A DNA stretch of 64,000 bases. It comes from Bacteroidota bacterium. Lineage in GTDB: Bacteria; Bacteroidota; Bacteroidia; AKYH767-A; OLB10. Position 1 is the first letter of the stretch. Each line of letters starts with the position of its first letter. The notes under the pieces were generated by a model. It saw only the letters and a program-made list of their open reading frames with translations, did not search any database and was not told the DNA's origin. Shown here piece after piece: positions 9,888 to 19,379 of this stretch. Both the position numbers and the translations under genes were made by a program. The DNA lies in contig JBJOND010000001.1 in NCBI GenBank assembly GCA_046052065.1, positions 19,194 to 83,193 on the forward strand, given 5' to 3'.

Positions 9888-11469
9888 TTTCTTTGATAAG
9901 TTTTAATTGAACATCTAAATCCCAGTTAGCACGAACAGTAAATAAATCTGTTAACCATACTTTCTCGGGTTGTTTTTTATTTAATAGGGCTTGCGATAAT
10001 TGCTGATTGTTATCTTCATCATCAACTACTCGGATAAAATATTTTCCAGGTGTCACATAATCAAAATGGAATTCGTTTATCGATTGCCCTTTTAAAAGTC
10101 GTTGCTGGCTAACCACATGATAGTCGCTGTTGAGCAATTGAATTAAATACGGATTACTATTTACTTTATACTCAAGATGTGCAATAATATTTCCTGAATG
10201 TTCACGATCAGCGAACGAAATATAAATTTGCATACTATCATTTTTATTTCCGTAAATATCCTGAATAGTTTCTTTTGGCAACATCAATTGATATCTTTCT
10301 CCACGGGCAAATGAATAGTTGTTTAATCGCAATTTGTTTGGAGCTTCTTCAGAAAAATAAATCGAATCTATCAAAATAGTATCCTTAAATAGCAAAGCGG
10401 GTACTTGCATCTTTTCTAACGGATGATTACTAATTAATCGTAATGTATCAGAAGTAGTTTGAATATTCTTCCATTCGAAATTTAATGAATTTGATTTTTT
10501 TTCACTGAAGTCAATTTGCAACGTATCGTTTACATTTTTACCATCAGTAATTAAAAACTGCACTTCTTTAATTGATGAATCTTTCAAGCTAATGAAAAGT
10601 GAATCGCCATTTTGAGTTGGCAAATAATAAAAATCTTTATCGGAATACTTATTTCCAATATCGCTGCAATTTAATTGCACTGGAAGATTATAAACCACTA
10701 ATGCTGTAGTTCTATCAAGCAAACTAGATTTTACCAAACGAATTTCTTTCGGAGCTTGTTTAAAAGTGTAGATATTGACTTCGTCATTAATTGGTAAATC
10801 AAGTAAACTACTTATAAATCCAACTGACTCATCGCTATCTGCTAAATAATTATTGTTTTTATCATCAACAGCAACGATATAATAACTTCCTTTTTTCAGA
10901 TTGTTGATTTTGAAAAACCCATTTTCATCTGTTTTACCAAAATAAGTAGGCTTCTCTTTTAAGACTTCCTCTAAATTACTGCGATCAACTATTTCGTATA
11001 GCAATAAACTATATTTTGCACAAGGCTTTAATGTCTCCGCCTCTTTTACAATTCCTTTGATAACTAATGAATCAATTGAATCACCTGTTGAAAATACATA
11101 TCGGATGGTATCGTTTACATTTCCTTCATGAACATCTGCAATAGCTTTTCCAAAATTTATTGCATACGTCGTATTTGATTGCAATAGACTATCAAACGTA
11201 ATAACTACCGATTTTTTATACGCCTTTATTGTTGGAGCCTTTGCAGGAATAGGTGAAATTAAAATCTGACTAGAAGCATCATTCAGTTGTACATATTCGT
11301 CAAAATTCAAAGTTATTTCTGATGCATTAAAATTCACAGAGTTGTTTTCAGGAATTGAATTTAGAAGCTGAGGTGGCACCTCATCTTTAGCACCACCAGT
11401 AGGCAATACTTTATTCGCGCACGACGAAATAAAAATCAAAATTACAATCCACCAACAACTGTATTTCAT
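9859..11469 (-). CDS. hypothetical lipoprotein
   Basis: Lipoprotein signal MKYSCWWIVILIFISSCANK. The start overlaps the GAF gene stop by 4 nt and the stop overlaps the RidA start, so it is likely co-transcribed with them. Confidence 0.5.
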   Translation of the reverse strand: MKYSCWWIVILIFISSCANKVLPTGGAKDEVPPQLLNSIPENNSVNFNASEITLNFDEYVQLNDASSQILISPIPAKAPTIKAYKKSVVITFDSLLQSNTTYAINFGKAIADVHEGNVNDTIRYVFSTGDSIDSLVIKGIVKEAETLKPCAKYSLLLYEIVDRSNLEEVLKEKPTYFGKTDENGFFKINNLKKGSYYIVAVDDKNNNYLADSDESVGFISSLLDLPINDEVNIYTFKQAPKEIRLVKSSLLDRTTALVVYNLPVQLNCSDIGNKYSDKDFYYLPTQNGDSLFISLKDSSIKEVQFLITDGKNVNDTLQIDFSEKKSNSLNFEWKNIQTTSDTLRLISNHPLEKMQVPALLFKDTILIDSIYFSEEAPNKLRLNNYSFARGERYQLMLPKETIQDIYGNKNDSMQIYISFADREHSGNIIAHLEYKVNSNPYLIQLLNSDYHVVSQQRLLKGQSINEFHFDYVTPGKYFIRVVDDEDNNQQLSQALLNKKQPEKVWLTDLFTVRANWDLDVQLKLIKENDRQLYEPN

Positions 11470-11966
11470 GCAAGCGACTCTTTATACAATGTTTGAACAA
11501 TTGAAATCACCTTCGATAAATAAATCGCATCAACTTCATCAAAACTATTTAACGATTCACTATCGATATCTAAAACCATTCGCACTCTATCGTCAACAAT
11601 TACTGGCAATACAATTTCTGATTTTGATAAAGAACTACATGAGATATGTCCGGGAAATTCATCTACATTGGGAACAATAATTACTCGTCCCTCCATCCAA
11701 GCTTTTCCACATACACCCTTGCCATAAAAAATACGCGTACAAGCAATAGGACCTTGAAATGGACCCAACACGAGCTCTTCCGCTTTCACAAAATAAACAC
11801 CTACCCATAAATGATTAAAAGTACTTTTTATGATGGCAACTATATTTGAAATATTCGCAATGAAATCTGTTTCCCCTTTTACAATTGCTTCCACTTGAGG
11901 TAACATTACTTTGTATTGCTCCTCCTTTCCAAGTTCTTTTGATGCTATGATTAAATCTTCAGCCAT
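11466..11966 (-). CDS. GAF domain protein (free methionine-R-sulfoxide reductase-like)
   Basis: 166 aa, single GAF domain. The conserved Cys triad context (GPIACTRIFYGKGVCGKAW ... HISCSSLSKSEIVLP) is typical of fRMsr/YebR. Confidence 0.6.
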   Translation of the reverse strand: MAEDLIIASKELGKEEQYKVMLPQVEAIVKGETDFIANISNIVAIIKSTFNHLWVGVYFVKAEELVLGPFQGPIACTRIFYGKGVCGKAWMEGRVIIVPNVDEFPGHISCSSLSKSEIVLPVIVDDRVRMVLDIDSESLNSFDEVDAIYLSKVISIVQTLYKESLA

Positions 11967-11989
11967 TGTTGCAAAGATATTAATCTTTA

Positions 11990-12691
11990 CTATTCTGCAT
12001 AGGCGATTGTAGCTATTGTCACCTTACATCCGTCAATCTTATTAAACAACTGCACACATGCTGCCAGCGTACTTCCAGTCGTCATCACATCATCGACTAA
12101 TAACAGATGTTTGTTTTTTAATTCAGATGCCTTACTGACTTTAAAAACGGTGGCTACATTTTTAAAACGTTCAAAGCGGGATTTTTTAGTTTGGGTTGCA
12201 TTATTCTTCACTCGCTTAAGGCAGTTTTTTAAAACAGGTTTGTTTAATTGTTTCGATATACCCTCGGCAAAACATAATGACTGATTATATCCTCTCACTT
12301 TCATTTTCTTTTTGTGAAGCGGAATTGCAATAATATAATCGATTGAGTGAAGTTTGTTTTCTGCCATTAATTCTGCGGCGTATAGCGAGCCAAGCTTCTC
12401 ACCAATTTCTGGATTTTTCTTGTACTTCAACGTATGCAATAAACGCTGTATTCTTCCTCGCTTCTGAAAATAAAAAAATGCAAACGCAGCTTCTACCATT
12501 ACCCTTCCCCAAAATTGTTTTTCCATCTTGTTATTCGCAAAACGATGGAAATTAGTCCTTGGTAATCCCACAATGCAATTTGTGCAAATTACATTTTCTC
12601 CTCTGAATAATAGTTCTCCGCATGCGAAACAAATAGCCGGATAGAAAATGGCTAACGAATCTAATAGATAGGTCTTAATTAATTTTAACAT
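11990..12691 (-). CDS. ComF family protein (phosphoribosyltransferase domain)
   Basis: N-terminal double CxxC zinc-ribbon (CFACGELL...CTNC) and a C-terminal PRTase motif LLVDDVMTTGSTL. Confidence 0.65.
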   Translation of the reverse strand: MLKLIKTYLLDSLAIFYPAICFACGELLFRGENVICTNCIVGLPRTNFHRFANNKMEKQFWGRVMVEAAFAFFYFQKRGRIQRLLHTLKYKKNPEIGEKLGSLYAAELMAENKLHSIDYIIAIPLHKKKMKVRGYNQSLCFAEGISKQLNKPVLKNCLKRVKNNATQTKKSRFERFKNVATVFKVSKASELKNKHLLLVDDVMTTGSTLAACVQLFNKIDGCKVTIATIAYAE

Positions 12692-12747
12692 GCAACAAAA
12701 TTAATTGCTGCATACCTGATTAAACGACAATAAACATTTACAATCGT

Positions 12748-13956
12748 TTAATTAATATCGCCGTAATCTTCTATTTGAAAATTCAGATTATTAGGATAAC
12801 GCTTGTAATGCATTTGCTTTACAAGTCCTGAAAGAATTGCACGAAACTCCTGGATATTATTTTTATTGAGTGCCGATATAAAAACGGAAGTTAAATTTTC
12901 TTTAGCCACCCACAACGACTTAAATTCATCGAGTGAAATATTTTCTTTTGTAAGCGGCGTTAAATCATCTTCTTCTTTGGGAACAAAACGATAAGCATCT
13001 ATTTTATTAAACACCATTAATATTGGTTTATCAATTGCGCCAATATCACCCAGCGTTTCATTCACTACTCGAATATGTTCTTCGAAATTATTATGAGAAA
13101 TATCTACAACATGAATAAGTATGTCTGCCTCTCTTACTTCATCCAAAGTTGACTTAAATGATTCAACCAAATCATGTGGCAACTTACGAATGAATCCAAC
13201 AGTATCTGATAATAAAAATGGGATAGTATCTAAAACTACTTTTCTTACAGTTGTATCTAATGTTGCGAATAATTTATTTTCAGCAAAAACATCACTCTTG
13301 CTAAGCACATTCATGATAGTGCTTTTTCCAACATTAGTATAACCTACTAAAGCAACACGAATTATTTCCCCTCTTCTTTTTCGCTGTGTTGAATTTTGCT
13401 TGTCTATGTCAGATAGGCGTTCCCGTAGTTTGCTTAGCTTATCTCTAATTACCCTTCGGTCAGTCTCAATTTCTGTTTCTCCCGGACCACGCATACCAAT
13501 ACCTCCACGTTGCTTCTCGAGATGTGTCCACATTCGGGTTAATCGAGGTAACAAATATTTATACTGTGCTAACTCAACCTGCGTTTTTGCTTGAGCTGTT
13601 CGTGCACGCTTTGCAAATATGTCGAGAATTAATGTTGTTCTATCAAGCACCCTACAACCTATTACTCTTTCAATATTCTTAAGTTGCGAAGGTGTAAGCT
13701 CATCATCAAATATGGCTATCTGAATATCATTCGCTTTGATATAAGCTATAATCTCTTCGAGCTTCCCTTTACCAACAAATGTTCTAGTATCGGGCGAATC
13801 TAATCTTTGAATAAAACGCTTTACCGTAGCAGCGCCGGCCGTTTCAGATAAAAAAGCGAGCTCATCAAGATATTCATTTACCTTTTCGGCATCTTGAAAG
13901 CGGGTTATTAATCCAACGAGTATTACACGTTCGGTAATCGGTGCTGTAGATATCAA
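12748..13956 (-). CDS. hflX: GTPase HflX
   Basis: N-terminal HflX domain followed by a GTPase with G1 GYTNVGKST, DTVGF and NKID motifs. The track start is a TTG with no in-frame ATG nearby. Confidence 0.85.
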   Translation of the reverse strand: MISTAPITERVILVGLITRFQDAEKVNEYLDELAFLSETAGAATVKRFIQRLDSPDTRTFVGKGKLEEIIAYIKANDIQIAIFDDELTPSQLKNIERVIGCRVLDRTTLILDIFAKRARTAQAKTQVELAQYKYLLPRLTRMWTHLEKQRGGIGMRGPGETEIETDRRVIRDKLSKLRERLSDIDKQNSTQRKRRGEIIRVALVGYTNVGKSTIMNVLSKSDVFAENKLFATLDTTVRKVVLDTIPFLLSDTVGFIRKLPHDLVESFKSTLDEVREADILIHVVDISHNNFEEHIRVVNETLGDIGAIDKPILMVFNKIDAYRFVPKEEDDLTPLTKENISLDEFKSLWVAKENLTSVFISALNKNNIQEFRAILSGLVKQMHYKRYPNNLNFQIEDYGDIN

Positions 13957-13977
13957 TTCTTATTTTCTCCTCAAATA

Positions 13978-14430
13978 TTAAAACCAGCCACGTCCAATTC
14001 CATCTGCGCGGAAAGGCCAAGGCATTGCTGCAATTATTACTAATAAAGCCAATCCAAACCAAATTAAAACTTGCTTGTACTTACCAGCATCCGTATCCAT
14101 CTTTTTAGAACGAATATTACCGATTGTGATAAAAACGATGGCAATTATCATCATTGAAATATGCTCCACAGTCCAATAACGTAATGCTGTGGTTTTCATT
14201 GTAACAGCCATATTACTAAAATTTTGAGACCATCCTCTTGAAACATATAAAATAATTCCTATTACTAACTGCAAATGCGCGGCAATCATCGTAAATAAGG
14301 TACGTTTTCTATCGCTTGGAGTGTAAGGATTTTTGCCTGACGTACTCATAGCTGCTTTAACAATCGATACAATCATTAAAAGCAATAATGCCCATCTTAA
14401 GAATGAATGAAGTTTAACAATGAATTCCAT
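13978..14430 (-). CDS. hypothetical membrane protein (4 TM)
   Basis: 150 aa, four hydrophobic helices. Sits directly downstream of hflX. Confidence 0.4.
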   Translation of the reverse strand: MEFIVKLHSFLRWALLLLMIVSIVKAAMSTSGKNPYTPSDRKRTLFTMIAAHLQLVIGIILYVSRGWSQNFSNMAVTMKTTALRYWTVEHISMMIIAIVFITIGNIRSKKMDTDAGKYKQVLIWFGLALLVIIAAMPWPFRADGIGRGWF

Positions 14431-14586
14431 AGTTTTTTTTGGTTAAGTCTTCAAAAATACGAAAACAATAAAATGCTTTCCAAAATAATGAAAGATAGTT
14501 ATGACATATTTATGACTATGAACGATTCATTTAAAGAATAATCGTAAATGAGGTAGCGTTTTATTGAAAACCAACAACAATTAGTT

Positions 14587-15408
14587 ATGAATCTTTTTAA
14601 AAACAATTGGGAGAGTCCGAGTTCAGATGCTAGGATTTCAACGGTATTTGCTAATCGTAATCAAAATTTTGGTGCTTATGTACTTCGTCGAGATTATGAT
14701 CAAACAATGATTCGAGCATTCATAATAACGATGCTCGGTGTGCTAGCATTATCCTTTGCTCCGCTAATTAAAAACTATTTTTTTTCTGAACCCGTAAATC
14801 ATTTATCAGCCAATAAAGAAATAGTTGTAGAAATGATTACACCCGATACTCCTGTTCAACCTGAGGAACCAAAAAAACCAGAAAATAATCAACAGCAACC
14901 TGAAGCCAGCACAGTGCGAGATGTCATTCCTATTGTAGTTAATCATACTACCGCAGATACCACTCGTACCCAAAATGAATTATTAAACTTAAATACAGGT
15001 TTAACAACTACCAATGTTGACACCACCAATAAAGATCCAAATACAAATGGAGGTACAGGAAATAATAATAACACGAACACTAACAACAATTCTGTATTTC
15101 ATGGCTGGGTAGAGGTGATGCCTGCATTTCCGGGTGGAGAAAGTGAGATGATGAAATTTCTTGGCAACAATCTTAAATATCCAGAAAGAGCGAAAGATGC
15201 AGATGCACAAGGAACAGTGTTGATTTCATTTGTTGTCGATAAAGAAGGGAATATATCTAACCCAATTATCAAACGGGGAATTGGCTTTGGTTGTGGGGAA
15301 GAGGCCATCAGAGTAATAGAAAAAATGCCGGCATGGTCGCCAGGCAAAATGAACGGGCAAGCTGTAAATGTGGAATATGTATTGCCAATTCGGTTCACAT
15401 TACGATAA
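14587..15408 (+). CDS. energy transducer TonB
   Basis: N-terminal TM anchor, a Pro/Gln-rich then Asn/Thr-rich linker, and a C-terminal TonB domain (VMPAFPGGESEMMKFLGNNLKYP...GQAVNVEYVLPIRF). Confidence 0.7.
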   Translation: MNLFKNNWESPSSDARISTVFANRNQNFGAYVLRRDYDQTMIRAFIITMLGVLALSFAPLIKNYFFSEPVNHLSANKEIVVEMITPDTPVQPEEPKKPENNQQQPEASTVRDVIPIVVNHTTADTTRTQNELLNLNTGLTTTNVDTTNKDPNTNGGTGNNNNTNTNNNSVFHGWVEVMPAFPGGESEMMKFLGNNLKYPERAKDADAQGTVLISFVVDKEGNISNPIIKRGIGFGCGEEAIRVIEKMPAWSPGKMNGQAVNVEYVLPIRFTLR

Positions 15409-15486
15409 GTTTGAATGTGTTTTTTATTCTAACGGATGTAACAGTCCGTTTTTTTATGCCCTTAATTTTCACATCTCATAATTATC

Positions 15487-15494
15487 TATTTTTG
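15487..15494 (+). promoter_or_regulatory. Bacteroidetes sigma-A -7 box TATTTTTG (TAnnTTTG)
   Basis: Matches the TAnnTTTG consensus about 14 nt upstream of the ATG of the M1 peptidase gene. Confidence 0.4.
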
Positions 15495-15507
15495 AAAAAA
15501 ATATCCT

Positions 15508-18096
15508 ATGAAAAAGTTAGCCATCGTTTCCATTTTATTTCTTTTCGCATGTAAATCGCAAAAGCCAGTAACAGAAACAATGTTATCTGAAACACTTCCA
15601 GAAGTGACTGTGCAAGCACCTACTTTAAATGATTATCGTGCAACGGTTACAAAGTCGTTTGATTTAATACATACCAAACTAGATGTGAGTTTTGATTGGG
15701 ATAAGCGTTACTTAATGGGAGAAGCAACTATTTCGATGAAGCCTCACTTTTATCCTGCTGCAACAATTTATTTAGATGCAAGAGGAATGGAAATTAATCG
15801 TGTTGCAAGCATCAATAACAAGGATACTTTAAATCTTAATTATAGCTATGGCAATGATACGATCACTATTAAACTTGGAAAGGAACTAACGCGTGACGAG
15901 AAAATTACGGTTTATGTAAATTATATCGCAAAGCCTGATGAATTATCGAAGGTAGGTGGCAGCGATGCAATCAGCAGCGATAAAGGATTATATTTTATTA
16001 ATTCCGATGGAAAAGAAAAAGATAAGCCTAAGCAAATATGGACGCAAGGTGAAACACAAAGTAATTCAGTTTGGTTTCCAACAATTGATGTTCCCAATCA
16101 AAAAACAACTCAAGAGTTAAATATTACCGTTGCGAATAATTTTAAAACACTTTCAAACGGATTATTAGTTAAGAGTATTACGAACGCTAATAATACACGC
16201 ACTGATTGCTGGAAAATGGATTTGCCTCATGCGCCTTATTTATTCATGATGGCTATAGGTGAATTTTCTGTTGTAAAAGACAAATGGAGAGATCGCGAAG
16301 TAAGTTATTATGTTGAGCCAAAATATGAAGTAGACGCAAGAGCGATATTCGGTAACACGCCTGAAATGATGGAGTTCTTTTCTAAAACAATGGGAGTAGA
16401 TTATGCATGGCCGAAGTACAGTCAGGTGGTTGTTCGCGACTATGTAAGTGGTGCAATGGAAAATACTTCAGCAACTATTCACGGAGAATTTGTTCAACAA
16501 ACAAAGAGAGAGATGATCGACAGAAATAATGAGGATATTGTTTCACATGAATTATTTCATCATTGGTTTGGCGATTTAGCTACATGTGAGTCGTGGTCTA
16601 ATTTGCCATTGAATGAATCGTTTGCTACTTATGGAGAATACCTTTGGAATGAATACAAGTATGGTCGTGATATAGCCGATATTGGATTAGAAAGTGATTT
16701 GAAAAGCTATCTCGATGAATCAAAAATGAAACAAGAACATCTGATTCGTTTTTACTATGAAAACAGAGAGGATATGTTCGACCGACATTCGTATGCAAAA
16801 GGTGGAACTATTTTGCATATGCTAAGAAAATATCTAGGAGATGATGCCTTTTTTGCAGGATTAAAATTATATCTTAAAAATAATTCTTTCAAGAGTGCAG
16901 AAGTACATGATTTACGATTAGCTTTTGAAGAAGTAACGGGTGAAGACTTAAACTGGTTTTTCAATCAGTGGTTTTTGAATCAAGGTCATCCAAAGCTTGC
17001 TATCAATTATAATTGGAATGCAGCTACAATGACACAACAAATTACTGTAGAGCAATTACAAGATTTAACTACTACCCCATTGTATAAACTTCCGGTTAAT
17101 GTCGACTTTTATTTTGCAGGAACAAAAAACAGCGAACGAATTGTTATAACTGAAAAGAAGCAAACCTTCAGCTTCCGATATCCTTCAAAGCCATTGGTTG
17201 TAAATTTTGATGCAGAAAAAATGTTGACGTGTTCAAAAACAGATGAGCATACGGAAGAAGAATGGATCACTCTCTTTAATAATTCAAAACTTTATCTTGA
17301 TAAAAAGGAAGCGCTTGAACATTTGAATAAACTTACATGGAATGAAAAAATCGCAACCGTTTTCCGTAAAGCAATCAACGACAGCAATAGAAAAATCAGG
17401 GCGTATGCAATATCGAATATTGATTCGCTTTTATCATCAGCAGACTCAACCGTAATTGGCGAAGAATTATTAAAAATTGCTAACGACACAAAAATCAATT
17501 CTTCAGTAAGAGTAATTGCTATTTCAAAAGTATCTAGACTTTCTTTAAACGGAAGAGTATCTGCTATGCAAAACGCATTGTGTAATGATAGTTCCTATAA
17601 CGTGATCTCAGCATCTATCGAAGGAATAGCAAAGAATGACTTGAAAGAAGCTTTGAAAAAAGTAAAACCTTTCGAAAGCAGCACAGATGAAAATATTGTA
17701 GAAGTAGCAACTGATTTCTATTCAAATTACGGCGACGCGACAGCAGCAGAGTTTATGTTAAATTCGATTAATCAGAATGTGAATTATGGCACATTAAACA
17801 ATGTTATTACCTACTTGAAAAATCAAGAAGATCTTTCAACAATCAAATTATTTACGAAACGATTTTCTGAGATTGGAAATGAAACAAGTGATAAATACAT
17901 CAGAATGTTTTGTATTCAAGGGTTATATGCTGCTAAAAATAAATTAGAGGCTAGTACTGAAACTTCAACCGTTGAAAAAGAGAGAATAGTTAGAGAGCTT
18001 GAAGTTGTTACTCAATCAGGGAATCAGTTAATTGAAAAGGAAACCAATGAAGATTTGAAATTTTACTACAAAACCTATTTCAAGTTTTCTAAATAA
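15508..18096 (+). CDS. M1 family metallopeptidase (aminopeptidase N-like), secreted lipoprotein
   Basis: Lipoprotein signal (LFLFAC). GAMEN exopeptidase motif, and HELFHHWFGD...E(18)E zinc-binding HEXXH-E motif. Confidence 0.85.
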   Translation: MKKLAIVSILFLFACKSQKPVTETMLSETLPEVTVQAPTLNDYRATVTKSFDLIHTKLDVSFDWDKRYLMGEATISMKPHFYPAATIYLDARGMEINRVASINNKDTLNLNYSYGNDTITIKLGKELTRDEKITVYVNYIAKPDELSKVGGSDAISSDKGLYFINSDGKEKDKPKQIWTQGETQSNSVWFPTIDVPNQKTTQELNITVANNFKTLSNGLLVKSITNANNTRTDCWKMDLPHAPYLFMMAIGEFSVVKDKWRDREVSYYVEPKYEVDARAIFGNTPEMMEFFSKTMGVDYAWPKYSQVVVRDYVSGAMENTSATIHGEFVQQTKREMIDRNNEDIVSHELFHHWFGDLATCESWSNLPLNESFATYGEYLWNEYKYGRDIADIGLESDLKSYLDESKMKQEHLIRFYYENREDMFDRHSYAKGGTILHMLRKYLGDDAFFAGLKLYLKNNSFKSAEVHDLRLAFEEVTGEDLNWFFNQWFLNQGHPKLAINYNWNAATMTQQITVEQLQDLTTTPLYKLPVNVDFYFAGTKNSERIVITEKKQTFSFRYPSKPLVVNFDAEKMLTCSKTDEHTEEEWITLFNNSKLYLDKKEALEHLNKLTWNEKIATVFRKAINDSNRKIRAYAISNIDSLLSSADSTVIGEELLKIANDTKINSSVRVIAISKVSRLSLNGRVSAMQNALCNDSSYNVISASIEGIAKNDLKEALKKVKPFESSTDENIVEVATDFYSNYGDATAAEFMLNSINQNVNYGTLNNVITYLKNQEDLSTIKLFTKRFSEIGNETSDKYIRMFCIQGLYAAKNKLEASTETSTVEKERIVRELEVVTQSGNQLIEKETNEDLKFYYKTYFKFSK

Positions 18097-19069
18097 TAAA
18101 ATTACTATAGACCCAATTAGCAATTATAATTAGCAATAGTAATTCCTGGTAAAATATTTTTTTGCCATCTAGAAAGTAGTAAGCGATAATAGCTGAAAAA
18201 GGAATTATCAATAGCATATAACATTGTACTCCTATATGCAATGTAAATGGTATTGTCAAAATACTAATTAAGGTAAATAGTAAAAGTATTTGTTGGCATA
18301 ATCGTGACTTTGTTACATTCTTCAAATAGTTATTTCTTATTTTCATCAACGATAAAATAAAAACAATAGATAACAGAATTGCTGAAGGAAGTTGCTTAGC
18401 AAGATGGAAATTGGATAATACAAAGGTTGTTGTAAAACTACTTTTATATTGATTGATAAAATTAAGAAGGCTACCATTTAAAAAATACCCTACTAATACT
18501 ATTGAAAGTGGAACAATCAATCCAATCAATCCGATTGACAAGTCACGCCAGTTAAGCGGTTTTAAAATCGCAACGCCAATAAAAAATAACAAAACAAAAA
18601 ATGCAGCTGGAGCATATAGCAATGCTACAATTGCAATTAATAATGCTACATCAAATGTTGCTCCCATTGCCTTCTGATTTTTGTACAATGAAAATATTTT
18701 GTCGAGCACGAAAATGAAAACTGAATTAATAAGTAGCAAAGGAGAAAATTGTAAAAAATCGACAAATTGGGTTGAAAAAACCAGGTAAAATAGTGCTGGC
18801 AACCACGATTGCTTAAAGAAAATCTCATGCTTGTTTAAGGTGTAATTTAAATGCAATGCTTGACTCGTTACTAATACGAAAACGATTGTTACAACAAGCC
18901 AATGGTTTAATCCGTGCACCCCGTTTGTCATATTCTGAAAGAAAATAGTCCCATTATCTACCCATTGAGGCTCGCGCAAAAACCCGAAAACCACATTGAT
19001 AACTATTGAAAATAAGACAATTAGAGCAATTGGGTAAAATTGGGTTGATCTAAATATTCGAACTAACAT
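18089..19069 (-). CDS. hypothetical polytopic membrane protein
   Basis: 326 aa with about 9 predicted TM helices and no catalytic motif recognised. Converges on the peptidase gene with an 8-nt overlap. Confidence 0.45.
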   Translation of the reverse strand: MLVRIFRSTQFYPIALIVLFSIVINVVFGFLREPQWVDNGTIFFQNMTNGVHGLNHWLVVTIVFVLVTSQALHLNYTLNKHEIFFKQSWLPALFYLVFSTQFVDFLQFSPLLLINSVFIFVLDKIFSLYKNQKAMGATFDVALLIAIVALLYAPAAFFVLLFFIGVAILKPLNWRDLSIGLIGLIVPLSIVLVGYFLNGSLLNFINQYKSSFTTTFVLSNFHLAKQLPSAILLSIVFILSLMKIRNNYLKNVTKSRLCQQILLLFTLISILTIPFTLHIGVQCYMLLIIPFSAIIAYYFLDGKKIFYQELLLLIIIANWVYSNFII

Positions 19070-19136
19070 ATTTATCTAAAGTAAACATTTTTTTAATTAT
19101 AAGAATTTGTACATTTGCCTATCAAAATTTAACAAC

Positions 19137-19322
19137 ATGAACTCAATTATTTACGGATTCGCTGATATTTGTACTGCTGCATTCAAATTTTTACCTCCAA
19201 TTGGAGCTATGGTTAATTGGTTATTCGGAATAACCGCTACTGTAGGAATTGTTTTTTGGTTAAAATATGATTCAAGTGTTAGCCGTGGCGGAAAAAACTA
19301 CATGGCTGATAAAGGAGAATAA
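19137..19322 (+). CDS. small hypothetical membrane protein
   Basis: 61 aa from the internal ATG (MNSIIYGF...). One or two TM segments. Followed by a strong terminator. Confidence 0.3.
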   Translation: MNSIIYGFADICTAAFKFLPPIGAMVNWLFGITATVGIVFWLKYDSSVSRGGKNYMADKGE

Positions 19323-19348
19323 TCTTAAAAAATACATTGTTTAGAAAA

Positions 19349-19379
19349 CCTGTAGTATTCCTTACTACAGGTTTTTTTT
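19349..19379. terminator. bidirectional rho-independent terminator
   Basis: Stem CCTGTAGTA / TACTACAGG with an 8-T run on the + side and an A-run on the - side. Lies between convergent genes. Confidence 0.6.
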
